Below, one piece after another: positions 12,512 to 25,825 of a stretch of 64,000 nt of DNA. Made by a program: the position numbers and the translations under genes. Origin of the DNA: Octopus sinensis (lineage: Eukaryota); NCBI RefSeq assembly GCF_006345805.1, contig NC_042997.1, forward strand, positions 155,372,001 to 155,436,000, given 5' to 3'. The first letter of the stretch is position 1. Every line of letters starts with the position of its first letter. Below the pieces are notes generated by a model. The model did not search any database. It was given only the letters and a program-made list of their open reading frames with translations, and was not told where the DNA came from.

Positions 12512-13845
12512 GTAAGTTATCATTTATGGACATTGAGTGTAGATGATCTGAAGAGGATGAACAGAAATAAGGGAAATGTAATCTGTTGGATGTGTTTGGT
12601 TGTATGAAACACAGAGCACAGGTTGATGTGTTAGATTCCTGTAATGTTAGTCTGTATGAGAGACAAAGCTCAAGTGATCTAGTGTATATGATTGTAATGC
12701 TGAGAATCTGAGCTCAAGTAATCTGTTGGGTATTTATAATGTCAACCTGTGTAACAAACTGAGCTGTTTGTAGTAGTTGTAGTTGTATTAGAAATAATAA
12801 TTCTTTCTTCTATAGACACACCTGAAATTTTGTCAGTTGGGCATCGCTCAACTTGGTACTTATTTTATGACCCCAGCGCTCAACTGGTACTTATTTTATG
12901 GATCCTAAAAGGATGAAAGGCAAAGTTTATCACAGTGGGATTTGCATTTAGAACATAGAAAGCTGGTAGAAATTCCGCTAAACATTTCATTTGATGCAGT
13001 AACGAATCTGCCAACTTACCACCTGAGCAATAATGATTCTTTATAATTTTGGTACAAGTCTGGCAATTTTGAGGGGAGAAGTAAGTGAGCTATATAGATC
13101 TCAGTACCTGACTGTTTTATTATATTAACTCCAAAAGGATGAATGACAAAGTTAACTTTGGTAGGATTTGAACTCAAAATGTAAGTTATCTGTTTATTGT
13201 CATTGTGAGAGACTAAGTACAAGGTATCTGTTAGATGTCTTTGACATTAGTCTGTATGATAGTCTGAACACATGTAAGAGAGGAGCTGAGAGAGAGAGAG
13301 AGTATTGCTTGAAGTGTATAGTTGAGATAACTTTGGTGGTATGGCTAGTTTGGTTATGTGATAAGAATGGATGGCGAATGCTGTGTGAAAAAGCGTTGTG
13401 TGTTGATTGTGAAAGGTAATTGTGGAAGAGCAAGACTGCAGAAGGAAATGATGAGGTTAAATTGTACAATGCCTGGCCTCAAAGAAGAAATGGTGTAAGA
13501 GTGAGATTCTTGATAATGTGCTGCAGTGTAGCAGATCTATCTAACTCATGCCATTAAGGAAAAATTAATGCTAAAATGTTGATAATAATGATGATAATGA
13601 TGATGAAAATGATGGTCGTGGTGAGAATGATAGTGATAGTGGATGATCAAAATAAAGCAGTTACTATATTTACTTGTGTATAAGTCTCACTATTTTATAC
13701 TTGATATTAACTTAAAAGAATTGGGATTTACACATGACAAAGCTAAAACTGTGGAGGGAAAAAACTTAACAGTAAATTTAGGGATGTGATTTATACGGGA
13801 GTGCAACTTATATACAAGAAGATAACTTTATTAAATGAATCTTAA

Positions 13846-14046
<201 letters not shown>

Positions 14047-14059
14047 TAATTATCTATCT

Positions 14060-14570
14060 ATCTCTATCTAGGTTGTCCCACAGCACGCCCCATGACTGTT
14101 TCCATACATTTTCCCCATTCATCTCGATCCTCCATAATGGTCCTCTGCTCCTGTACCCATTCCATACCAGCATCTTCCAGCAAGTTGTTAATATAGGTCA
14201 TCTTCCTCCTTCCTCTCCTGGTTCTTCCTTCCTTTGGTTGCCAGAGCACTAGGTTGTTAGCAATTTCATCAGTGTATCTGATGCAGTGTCAAGCTAGCCT
14301 CATATTTCTATGATGTATCTTCAATGCTATTTTTGGTAGTCTCTGGTATAAGTTGGCATTTGTTATATGACTCTTCCAGGAGACATTGAGTGCCATCTAA
14401 GTATCCTTGCATAACAACCATCCAACTGCTTCTTCAATGCTTTAGTGAGCATCCATGTTTCAGCCCCGTATAGAAGAACAGACTTCACTGTTGCCAGAAA
14501 TAACCTCACTTTCAATTTCCTTACTAACTTTGAACTCCATACCTTTCTCAATCCTAAGCATAATTATGTT
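14060..14570 (-). mobile_element. RTE/RTE-X-like LINE ORF2 C-terminal fragment
   Basis: ORFs 14363..14551 (KVRLFLATVKSVLLYGAETW) and 14064..14249 (LWQPKEGRTRRGRRKMTY...MEDRDEW). Confidence 0.85.
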
Positions 14571-15022
14571 AAAAAAAAAAACAAAACATTCCTTACCATG
14601 CCAACTTTTATTCAGTTTTACTTAATCTAGATCTACGTTATCCAATGTGTCCTTCCTTCTTGTAGTTTAGTGCCCATATCAATTCTGTTCCAGTGTTATT
14701 TTGATCAAAAGCATTCCAGCCAGTATTTCATTCAGGGATTTATCTAAAGCTGCTAAAAAATGGTAGGTTCTTGTTTCAGGAAGAATTGTCTATTTCTAGC
14801 AGGAACATCACCTGCATGTTAGCTTCCTTGCTGGATTTATCATCATCATTTTAATACCCATTTTTCCATGCTTGCATGGGGCAGATGTTCCATGGACAGA
14901 CACATTTTCACAGAATTTTGCAGATGAACGAAACTGCTTGTATGATGGATACACTCATTTACAACTGCGATGTGATGTCAAGATAAGGAGACACAAACCT
15001 GCATGTACACACACACACACAA

Positions 15023-15076
<54 letters not shown>

Positions 15077-15204
15077 CAGGCTTCTTTGAGTTTCTGTCTA
15101 CCAAATCCATTCACAAGGCTTTGGTCAGCCCAAGGCTATAGTAGAGGCACTTGCCCAAGGAGACATGCAGTGAGACTGAACCCAGAACCATGTGGTTGGG
15201 AAGC

Positions 15205-15592
15205 AAGGTGCAGGAGTGGCTGTGTGGTAAGTAGCTTGCTTACCAACCACATGGTTCTGAGTTCAGTCCCACTGCGTGGCACCTTGGGCAAGTGTCTTCT
15301 ACTATAGCCTTGGGCCGACCAAAGCCTTGTGAGTGGATTTGGTAGACGGAAACTGAAGGAAGCCTGTCGTATATATGAGTATGTGTATTTGTTTGTGTTT
15401 GTGTTTGTCCCCCCAACATCGCTTGACAACCGATGGTGGTGTGTTTACGTCCCCGGAACCTAGCAGTTCGGCAAAAGCGACCGATAGAATAAGTACTAAG
15501 CTTACAAAGAATAAGTCCTGGGATCGATTTGCTCGACTAAGGGTGGTGCTCCAGCATGGCCACAGTCAAATGACTGAAACAAATAAAAGAGT
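15205..15592 (+). mobile_element. tRNA-derived SINE, family A
   Basis: A-box TGGCTGTGTGGT, B-box GTTCAGTCCC, internal (TA)/(TG) tract, 3' AAATGACTGAAACA. Head-to-head with a partial minus copy at 15072-15205. Confidence 0.85.
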
Positions 15593-16899
15593 GAAAGGTT
15601 TATTCTGTCAAAGTTGATCTAGACCTAAACAACAACAATAACAATGATGCATAAATGTTTCATGCTGCTTTTTCTGATAAATAAAGCATATACATATGTA
15701 AACAATGATTTAAATAAAACAACATACATAAGATATAGAATGTGATAGTTGATAGTCTTCATTGCACACAATATTTTAGTTATTCATTTGAAAATTTTTC
15801 ATGGTTTATCAAGGACAGATTAAGTAGAAAAAACTTACCACAAAACTGACTGACAGAGTTCCGTGTAGCTCCTGAAGTTGTTCTGATTAGGAGGTTAGAA
15901 GCTTTGGTAGAGCAATTTGGTGGGAAAATTCACAAAACTTACTTTCAAGTCATAAAAAATATCTTTCAAGCTTATGTGGTTATACACAAGCTGATCTGAT
16001 TGGTCAAACCATGTTCACATAGGCGTTAATGCATTTTATAGCGATGCAGTCAATTTCTCAGAGCTGGTCTTTTCTTTTTAAGATTGTGTAGTTAGGCCAT
16101 GGTCCTAAACTGGAGATCTGAGCATGATGGTTTGAAATTCAAGAGAAGCCTCATTACAAACTAAACCCTTGAAGGCAGTGCCCCAGCATAATCATAGTCC
16201 AAAGAATGAAAACAGTAAAAGGATACAAGAATAAATAAGATTAAAAAAAACAATATTTGTTTATAAAGTTTGTTATCTCAAACTTAAATCATTTAATTAA
16301 GTGAAAGAAATATGTCAATTAATGCAGTTAATTAATCTAAAATAACTTCCGATTATCACGCACACATATACATAATAACTCAAATAACTTAATGAGGAGA
16401 AGCTTTATAAATAGATATTCGGTAATGCTTTATAAATATCAACCAAGCAATATCGGAATAAATATTCAAAAAGGAGGAAGGAAAAACTTCCTGTTGATAT
16501 TTCTGTTTTATGAAAGGCGGCAAGCTGGTAGAATCATTACCACACCAAGCAAATTACTTAGCAGCATTTATTCAATCTTTATGTTCTGAGTTCAAGTGCT
16601 ACCAGGGTTAACTTTGCCTTTCTTTCTTCCAGAGTCAATAAATTATATACCAGTTAAGCACTAGGGTCAATGTAACTGATTTAGCCCTCCCCACAAAACT
16701 GCTGGCCTTGTACCAAAATTTGAATCTGATACTTCTTTTATGAGCAAAACAATATTTTATTGTTTCTGTTTTTATTTGAAACACACACACGCACACATCC
16801 ATACATTTAATGTTCATAGCATGATTTGGATGGAGACTTAATTGGAGCAGCAATTTCTGACAGATGGTGCATATGTACACATAGACACACACACACACT

Positions 16900-17100
16900 G
16901 GCTTTAAGGGTATTGTGAAAGGCCTGGTTGGAGGCCCAACCTCCCAAGTATTTTTACAGGTATAGAACTTAGAAAAACTGAAGGACTGCTGCAATATGTG
17001 TGTGAATCTGAGAGGAATATGTTGAATAAAATCATAATAATTAACTGATCCTCCTGTATTTTCTTTTACCCAAAGCCAGGAACTTTTCAGCCCTCCCCTC
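16900..17100. mobile_element. Short mariner-derived non-autonomous element
   Basis: Encodes a decayed LEKLKDCCNxCVNLRGxYVE* mariner C-terminus and ends AAAGCCAGGAACTTTTCAGC. A second copy lies at 19850-20010. Confidence 0.6.
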
Positions 17101-17113
17101 CCTGTCAAGTATA

Positions 17114-17715
17114 TAGGGGTCATCCAATAAATAATGTGGTTTTTTCAATTACATGAACTAAAAGTTGGAGGAGGTCAGAATAAACTACCCACATCAACTT
17201 GCTATAAAAGCAGACAATAATTTTACCTTGTACTTGTTCTTAGTGCAAGTTTTGAAGAGTGCAGTTCGATTTTAACAGTTATTTTTCCAAAGCTATAAAG
17301 GAAATTACAAAGGAGCATATTAGGCATATTTTGCTTTATGAGTTCAATAAAGGCAACAACGCAATGGAAAGTGTGAGGAATATTAATGCAGTATATGGGG
17401 ATCGGACAGTAAGTGTAAGCCAGTGTCAACAGTGGTTCCAGAAATTCCAAGCTAGAAACTACAGTCCAGAAGACAAGCCTCGCCCTGGAAGATCTGTAGA
17501 GCTCAACGATGATGTCGTGCAAACCCTTGTGGAACAAAATCCCATCGTAACTGTTGAGGAACTACCAGAGAAGTTTGGATTTGGTCATTCACCCATTCAA
17601 CAACAACTGTGTGCCATCAGAAAAGTCTAATCGCATGCAGAGAGTGAATGTGTACTCCGCTTTGTTGTCACATCTCATGAATGAACTTTTTTAGACTGAA
17701 TAGTGACTGATGACA
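17114..17715 (+). mobile_element. 5' half of the same mariner family in a PECR intron
   Basis: Left TIR GGGGTCATCCAATAAATAATG. ORF 17259..17630 is homologous to 62130..62519 and breaks off at the IVTGD motif. Confidence 0.9.
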
Positions 17716-17734
17716 TTTATAAAGAGGAAGTTAC

Positions 17735-17780
17735 TCTTACAGCTGTTTCTGGGATATTAGGGATGTTTCTTCGTCAGAGA
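17735..17780 (-). ncRNA. Degenerate hammerhead-like motif with palindromic stem III
   Basis: Minus strand: UCU-CUGACGA-(21-nt decayed stem II)-GAAA-CAGCUG-U-A-AGA. ACAGCUGU palindrome and GUA cleavage triplet. Confidence 0.4.
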
Positions 17781-19849
17781 CGATATGTTTAAATAGGAGG
17801 AAATATTAGAATTCAATATGAGGAGTCATTGTCATCATCATCTTCATCACATCATCGTCGTCGTTGTCATCATCATCATCATTTAACCTCTGCTTTCCAT
17901 GTTGGCATGGGTTGGATTGTGTGACAACAGCTGGCAAGGCAGAAGGCTGCACCATGTTTCACTGAGGCTGTGTGGTTAGAATTTTGTTTCCCAACCATGT
18001 GATCTCAAGTTCAGTCTCACAACTCAATACCTTGATCAATTATCTTCCACAGTAGACCTCAGCCAATCAAAGCCCTGCGAGTGGATTTGTTAGAAGGAAA
18101 CTGAAAGAAGCCTGTTCTGTTTATATTTATGTCTGTGTTTGCATATACTTTTGTCTTGACATTACGTGATGTTTTTAAACAAGCTTCACTGTCATAAAAA
18201 TGATCTTGTTCATTTCCTGTCTTTCATAGAAACAGGCGCAGGTTGGTGACAGAAAAGACATCCAACTATAGAGAATCTGTCTAATCCTTACAAGTATGAA
18301 AAAGTGGACATTAAATAATGATGATAAATGGTGATGATGAAGGTGATGGTGATGTCAGGGTTTTAATTGAGTGGCAAATGATTATTTGAGACTGTGTATT
18401 AAAACTGAAGCAATTAAATCATAGAAATACTGTTTAATAATTCATATACATGAAGCAAGGCAGCGAGCTGGCAGAACCGTTAGCACGCCGGGCGCAATGT
18501 GTAGCCATATTTCATCTGCCGTTATGTTCTGAGTTCAAATTCCTCCGAGGTTGACTTTGCCTTTCATCCTTTCAGGGTCGATAAATTAAGTACCGGTTAC
18601 ACACTGGGGTCGATGTAATTGACTTAATCCATTTGTCCCCTCTGTGTTTAGCCCCTTGTGGGTAGTAAAGAAGTACATATACATGAAGCTGTTAACTTCA
18701 TTTTAAATTTAAATTAATTTCATGAAGTGTCAGAAGTTTTGTTAGACAAGTATGACCTGGTCACCAACATAACGGTTCCTTTGCAATTGCCTTAACATAT
18801 ATTAGTAACCAGCTCTTAGATAGGCCTAGGGTTTATTTTTCTATTTTCGTTTTTAATCTTATTTATTGTATGTTGTTGCTATTAGATAAATTGTGTGCTG
18901 TATTGATTTAGGTTGAGTTTGACCTCATGGTTTTGGTCTTCTCAATGATATCTTGATTTACTGTTAGACATTATCTTCCAATCTGGAATAACTCTCGCTT
19001 CTGATACTTCTGATAACAATCATGAGCAAATAGTGACTTGCAGGACTTTCTGAATGGTATCCCAATGGAAAATTACTGTGACTTATTTTAGTAGTGTGGC
19101 CTGCCATGTTTCAAGTTGCCAATGCTTGTCTTAGAACATAGGTAAACGTCTTACTCGTTTTACCTCTCACTAATATAGCTGAGATTTAACCTTTCTTCAT
19201 ATTTTTAATAAGTCTATCTCTCAGCCTTCAATGGCCTTTGCACCAGTCACAAATTTAATCTGTCATTATTCGAATAGGTTATTTCATAGAAACTCCCATC
19301 TATATAATTTTCTATCTTTTCCTCTAATACCAGAGATATGTGTGAGGGGGAGAGTGTATGGGTGTGTATATATGTATACACACACACATCATTATCATTG
19401 TCCCTACCATCACCACCACCATCCTTATTGTCCTTGTCATCATCATTTAGTGTTTATTTCCTATGCTGGAATGGAATGGCTATCCCACTATCTTTCAAGC
19501 AACCGTAGCATTTCATTAAAGGCAGACATAGAGGCTGTTATGTAAATGCATATAAATGTACAAATACATGTGTGTGTGTGTATTGGTGTTTGCATTTATG
19601 TTATGTTTTAATAATAAACAATTTTACATTAAATCGAAGGATTACTAATACATTTTGTAGAGTATATATTTATTATTCCTTTACAAGAATAGCGTCAACA
19701 GTGACTGAAGTAAAAATACAAACATAAAGGCTTCCTTGATAACTTATGCTTAACTGAATATGTGGATGATAGGCCTAATGCATCACCTTGGCTGATGCCT
19801 CTACCTTTGAATTTCAGTGGCTTTAGCAGAGTCCAATTTTTGGCAATAT

Positions 19850-20010
19850 GATGAGGTGTTGAAAAGTTTCTGGCTTTAAGGGTATCACAAAAGGCCTAGT
19901 TTGAGGCCCAACCTTCTGAGTTCTTTTACAGGGCTTAGAAAAACTGAAGGACTGCTGCAATAAGTGTGTGAATCTGTGAGGGGAATATGTTGAGTAAAAT
20001 GATAATTAGC
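19850..20010. mobile_element. Second copy of the short mariner-derived element
   Basis: Starts TATGAGGTGTTGAAAAGTTTCTGGCTTT and is homologous to 16900-17100. Confidence 0.6.
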
Positions 20011-20194
20011 ACCCCCGCCTATTTGGACAATATATTTGGTCCTACTTCATCACCCATGTTTTATCGCTGAGGACCTCAACCTACAGAGATGTTCAGGTTG
20101 GGCATCAGCTATACTAATTTCATTGATTTGGAAGATCCTTCAAATGTCATGAGAGCTCTTCCCTTCTCATATATTACTAACTTTTATCTTTTAT

Positions 20195-20408
20195 CTTTTA
20201 CTTGCTTCAGTCATTAGACTGTGGCCATGGTGGGGGTACTGCCTTGAAGAATTTTTAGTTGAATGAGTTGATCCCAGTCCTTATTCTTTATAAGCCTAGT
20301 ACTTATTCTATCAGTCTCTTTTGCTGAACCGCTAAGTTATGGGGATGTAAACACCAGCATCAGTTGTCAAGGGATGTTGGGGGGACAAACACACACACAC
20401 ACACACAC

Positions 20409-20483
<75 letters not shown>

Positions 20484-20655
20484 ATATATATACGATGGGC
20501 TTCTTTCAGTTTCTGTCTACCAAATTTACTCACAAGGCTTTGGTTGTCCCAAGGCTATAGTAGAAGACACTTGCCCAAGGTGCCATGCAGTGGGACTGAA
20601 TCCGGAACCATGCGGTTGGTAAGCAAGTTACTTACCACAGCCACTCCTGTGCCTA
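20195..20655 (-). mobile_element. SINE family A with an expanded internal (TA)n
   Basis: Reverse complement of the 15205-15592 element. Confidence 0.85.
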
Positions 20656-21009
20656 TGTTAGTACTGTTAACTTGTTCAGCTAGTTCTACTGGCTGTTGAA
20701 CTATTTGGACTTCTAATGTCTTGTTTTTATTGTGTCTTCAATCCTCTATTTGGCGTTTTTCTTTTTTTTGTAGCTGTCACCATTTTTAATGTATCATTTG
20801 GCTTTACTTGAATGGCGTAAAAGACACTCAGGCATATTGGATGCACTCAAATTTTAGCAGTACATCATTATCATCGTCTTGTCATTTAACATCCGCTTTC
20901 CATGCTGGCATGGGTTGGACGGTTTGACTGAGGGCTGGCAAGCCAGAAGGCGGCACCAGGTCCCAATCTGATCTGGCAATGTTTCTACTGATTATCACAA
21001 ATTCTACTG

Positions 21010-21212
21010 ATTATCACAAATATACACACACACATACATCAATACACCACTCTGCCCCACAAATACATACTCATTATCATGCATATACACACACATGTTC
21101 ATATTGATTATCACATATACACTTATATATCTATGTATGTATGTGCACTCACAGACAGCAACCTCTCTCTCCATGCATACTCATAAATTACCCACATACA
21201 TATACTCATTAT
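21010..21212 (+). repeat. ~200-bp direct repeat, copy 1 (copy 2 at ~23330-23512)
   Basis: CATCAATACACCAC..TGCCCCACAAA..ACATACTCATTATCATGCATATACACAC...GACAGCAACCTCTCTCT is shared by both copies. Confidence 0.8.
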
Positions 21213-21518
21213 CACATTCTAGAACTTCTCTGTTAGAAATAACAGCCAAATCACCCACAAATTGAGTCCTACTGTCTTATGAAATGAAAGAAACATTAAA
21301 CAATGTAATCATTAATGTACAAAAACGGAGAAGGGGCATGGTTGGAGTGCCTTTGATGATAAATCTGCTCAGTCATGGCTGTATTGATGTTAAACAACAA
21401 TTTTTAACCTTTGCTCTTTATCCTTCAATCATTACTTTCATTTGTGAATAAATTTTCTGTTGCTTCCATGCATGTGGTCTGCTCAATTTTTTCCTAGGTT
21501 ACATTGTTTTTTAAATAT

Positions 21519-21968
21519 ACTAGCAGTTATAGCCCGGCGTTGCTCAAGTTTGTTTTTTAGTTGTGCTTAAAATGGCAGACTTTGATGTCATGTTAACAAA
21601 GTTTTGACATAGTTTCAATCTTTTTTGAAAAGTAAAAATTTTGCATTATGTAGCTTGTTATTCTCTTTAAATGAACATTTTTCTGGTTGAAATACACTGA
21701 AAAATGGCGACACAGCAGTAAAAAAAAATCGTAAAAAATAGGGATTTTCATAGGAAAAAAAGCACCTTTTTGATGTAAATAATTTTTGATCTTAACATGG
21801 TCCGATTTGAATTTTTTCTTCTATGGAATGAAGAGCAAGCCTTCTTCTATCATTCTTTCAATTTTGGTCAACTTGCGCTGCAGGGTCTTGGAGGAGATAG
21901 TGTTAGTTGAAGGCTACCAAACTTGCCACACACACACAGACAACTTCAGCTTTATTTGTATATATATA
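21519..21968 (+). mobile_element. Non-autonomous Helitron/Helentron-like element
   Basis: Starts ACTAG..CCCGGCGTTGC and ends CAGACAACTTCAGCTTTAT..(TA)n. A reverse-complement partial copy lies at 31680-31955. The class is inferred from the terminal motifs. Confidence 0.55.
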
Positions 21969-22026
21969 TTAAGAATAACAAAACCATAGTAATATTTTGA
22001 TTCTTTTTATTTTTTACTGTATTTAG

Positions 22027-22131
22027 GGATTAATTTATTCCAAGACTGCTGCTGCTAACTATGGTGATCTTGATGTATTCAGTATGTCGAAACCCTTAAT
22101 CCCAGCCAAAAGACTTGGTCAACCTGAAGAG
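22027..22131 (+). CDS. PECR: PECR internal exon (105 nt), GLIYSKTAAANYGDLDVFSMSKPLIPAKRLGQPEE
   Basis: TAG acceptor and GTAAGT donor, phase 0-0. The IPAKRLGxPEE motif matches PECR. Confidence 0.95.
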
Positions 22132-22959
22132 GTAAGTCAAAATTAATAAGTTTTGTCAAACGGATGTGTCTCATTATATATCTAGGCACCTAGATATTGT
22201 ATGATATTTCAAGTGTTGGCAATTTCAACTCCGAAAATATCAGATAATATCCATAATCTAAAATATGTATGGTATTTAAAACTGAAATATTAAATGAATA
22301 TTTTTTTGTTTTATTCTGCATTGTGGAGTTTCCATTAGTTTTTGTTACTTAAGTAACAAGGATTCCTATAAACTACATGATTCTACTATTAAATTTGTCA
22401 CTAAACTTACACTTGCATAGCATTTTGGGCAAGTGTCTTCTACACTGGCTCTGAGCTAACCAATGCATTGTGAGGAAATTTGATTCACGGAAATGGTAGA
22501 AGCCTGTCATGCATGCATACATGCATGTATGTATGTGAGTGTGTGTGTATAGGTATGTAGGTAGGCAGGCAGGCCTGTTTGTCTTGTTGGCTCAAATTAT
22601 AACAGTATAAATGGCAGCAGATGAAGGTATGTGGCCTTCATATGGTGTTGCAATCATGATTGCCAGATCGTGGGTTCAATTCATAGACTGGGTGGTATGT
22701 TGTGTTCTTGTGCAAAACACTTCATTTCATGTTGCTCTAGTGCTGTGTGAGGTCTGGCATGTCAAAGAGTAGACCCAACATTTCATCTGCATGTCATAAG
22801 AGGCAACTAAAAGAGGTTGAGGTAGGATTTGCACTCCGATCTCATAAAACCTTCACCAGCAATGACTACCCCAACAGTGCAAAGGTGTCATCCATTAGGA
22901 GTAGGGAATCACTAACAAATGGTGGATGCAGTGATGTGCTGTTACAGCACATATCCCTG

Positions 22960-22990
<31 letters not shown>

Positions 22991-24294
22991 GATGATGATG
23001 ATGATGATTACATTAACTGACCCATATAAGTGTATTTACTCAGTAAATCAAGTGTGAAAATTAGTTTTTATTGTAAGACAAAGACAGAGAGAAGCTGGCA
23101 GACATATGTGAAGTGAGGGATTAAAATACATTATATAGATATGAGGGTTGTCTTTCATTCTTCTGGGGTTGATATCTCAAGTACCAAATATAAAGGTGAG
23201 GTGGCCAAGTCATTTAAACCAAATGAAGCACTCCCTTTCAACAGCCAGCCTTGAAACAATGTAAGACATTCATTATTGAACAGCGCCCACAAACATATAC
23301 ACATACATATACTGGTTATCACATACACACTCACATCAATACACCACCCTGCCCCACAAACACATACTCATTATCATGCATATACACACACACATTCATA
23401 TTGATTATCACATATACACTCATATATTTATGTATATATGTGCACTATAAGACAGCAACCTCTCTCTTCATGCATACTCATAAATTACCCATATACATAT
23501 ACTCATTATCACATACATACATACATACATAATCACTCACCCACTTACACACTTAGATACACAAATTATTATCTTTGTTTCAATAGTTTTTACATGGCAG
23601 TATGAGTCAAAGAGAGACATGATAAGTCTTAATTAAGACTTATTAACATAATTATTCAATCATAGTTATATTTGGCACTAGACACTTGTTCGTAATATTT
23701 TCTTATTTTGTTATTGCTTTATTTTTTTACTTTGTTGTTATTCTTTAGAATCAGGTCAACCCTTGTCCAGCAGACCTATGGTCAAAGAGGTTTCAGACAA
23801 CCATCTCATCTTTAGTTAATTTTATTCTTTTATTCTCTTGTTGCTGTGCTCAGCTTTGTCCTTATCAAAATGTCCATCTAGAATCAGTGAATAAGTTATG
23901 GAGAATTCAAACGAGGTGGTGGAATAAATCACTTACTTAGAAATAGAAATAAAGACAAAATAGGATAGGCCAACAAGGGAATCTCTCAATGGTTGTTGAA
24001 CAAGCTATAAAAATAGCAGCTAAATCTCCTTTGTATTGCATTGCACCATCTTTAGAAAAGAAAGGGCTTGGAAAGAGATGGGATGGTCATGCTTGTACTG
24101 ACTTTGATCATATGTGTGTCTGTTTGACCTATTTTCCTGTCATGACCATCCCAGCTTTGTTATATTTTCTTCTCAGTTTTTTTTTTTTATATTATTGTTG
24201 AGTTCAGTTTAGCCATGGTCCAGCAAACTTAGGATCAAAATTGTTCCAGCTATGACCATCCCATTTTGTTTCATCTTGTTGCTCTTGCTGTTTA

Positions 24295-24308
24295 ACAACA
24301 ACAACAAC

Positions 24309-24364
<56 letters not shown>

Positions 24365-24378
24365 TGATGATGATGATT
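24295..24378. repeat. Compound (AAC)n(AAT)n(GAT)n microsatellite
   Basis: Direct reading. Confidence 0.95.
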
Positions 24379-24407
24379 TCAATTTTTGTTGTTTAATAAT
24401 AATAATG

Positions 24408-24802
24408 ATTATGGTTTCAAATTTTGGCACAAGGCTAGCAATTTGGGGAAGGGTGCAAATCAATTACATTGACCACAGTGCTCAACTGGTACTTATTTTA
24501 TTGACCCTGAAAGAATGAAAAGCAAAGTCAACCTTGGTGGAATTTGAACTCAGAATGTAAAGACAGATGAAATACCACTAAGCATTTTGCCTGGCATGCT
24601 AATTAATGGCTCTGCCAGCTTGCTGCCTTAATGATAATAATCATTTCTATTATAGGCACAGGGTCTGAAATTTTGGGGGAGAGGGATAGTTGATTACATC
24701 AACTGGTACTTATTTAATTAACCCTGAAAGGATGAATCAATCAACTTACCATACCCTTCAAATTTGCTGGCTTTGTATCAAAATTAGAAAGAATTATCAT
24801 TA

Positions 24803-24851
<49 letters not shown>

Positions 24852-25063
24852 GGCAGCAAGCTGGCAGAATTGTTAGCATGCCGGGCGAAATGTTTAGCAA
24901 CATTTCATCTGTCTTTACATTCTGAGTTCAAATTCCACCAAGATCAACTTTGCCTTTCATTCTTTTGGAGTCGATAAATTAAGTACCAGTGAAACACCGA
25001 GATCTATGTAATTGACTTGTCCCATCCCCCAAAATTTCAGGCCTTGTGCCTATTATAGAAAGG

Positions 25064-25131
<68 letters not shown>

Positions 25132-25359
25132 GGCAGCAAGCTGGCAGAATTGTTAGCATGCCGGGCGAAATGTTTAGCAACATTTCATCTGTCTTTACAT
25201 TCTGAGTTCAAATTCCACCAAGATCAACTTTGCCTTTCATTCTTTTGGAGTCGATAAATTAAGTACCAGTGAAACACCGAGATCTATGTAATTGACTTGT
25301 CCCATCCCCCAAAATTTCAGGCCTTGTGCCTATTATAGAAAGGATTATTATTATTATTA

Positions 25360-25425
<66 letters not shown>

Positions 25426-25610
25426 AGGTGGCGAGCTGGCAGAATTCTTAGCATGTCTTGCAAAATGCTTCATCCACCTTTACATTTTGAGTTCAAATCC
25501 TGCCACGGTTGACTTTACCTTTCATTCTTTTAGGGTTGGTAAATAAGTAGCATTCTGATTGACTAGCTCCCTTCCTCCGAATTTCAGGCTTTGTGCCTAT
25601 AGTAGAAAGG
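24408..25610. mobile_element. Cluster of five family-B-related SINEs separated by (ATT)n/(ACT)n
   Basis: Minus copies at ~24410-24630 and 24640-24790; plus copies start at 24851, 25131 and 25426. Confidence 0.85.
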
Positions 25611-25654
25611 AGTATTATTATTGGTGTTTTATGATTAAAATAGACCATTATTAA

Positions 25655-25825
<171 letters not shown>

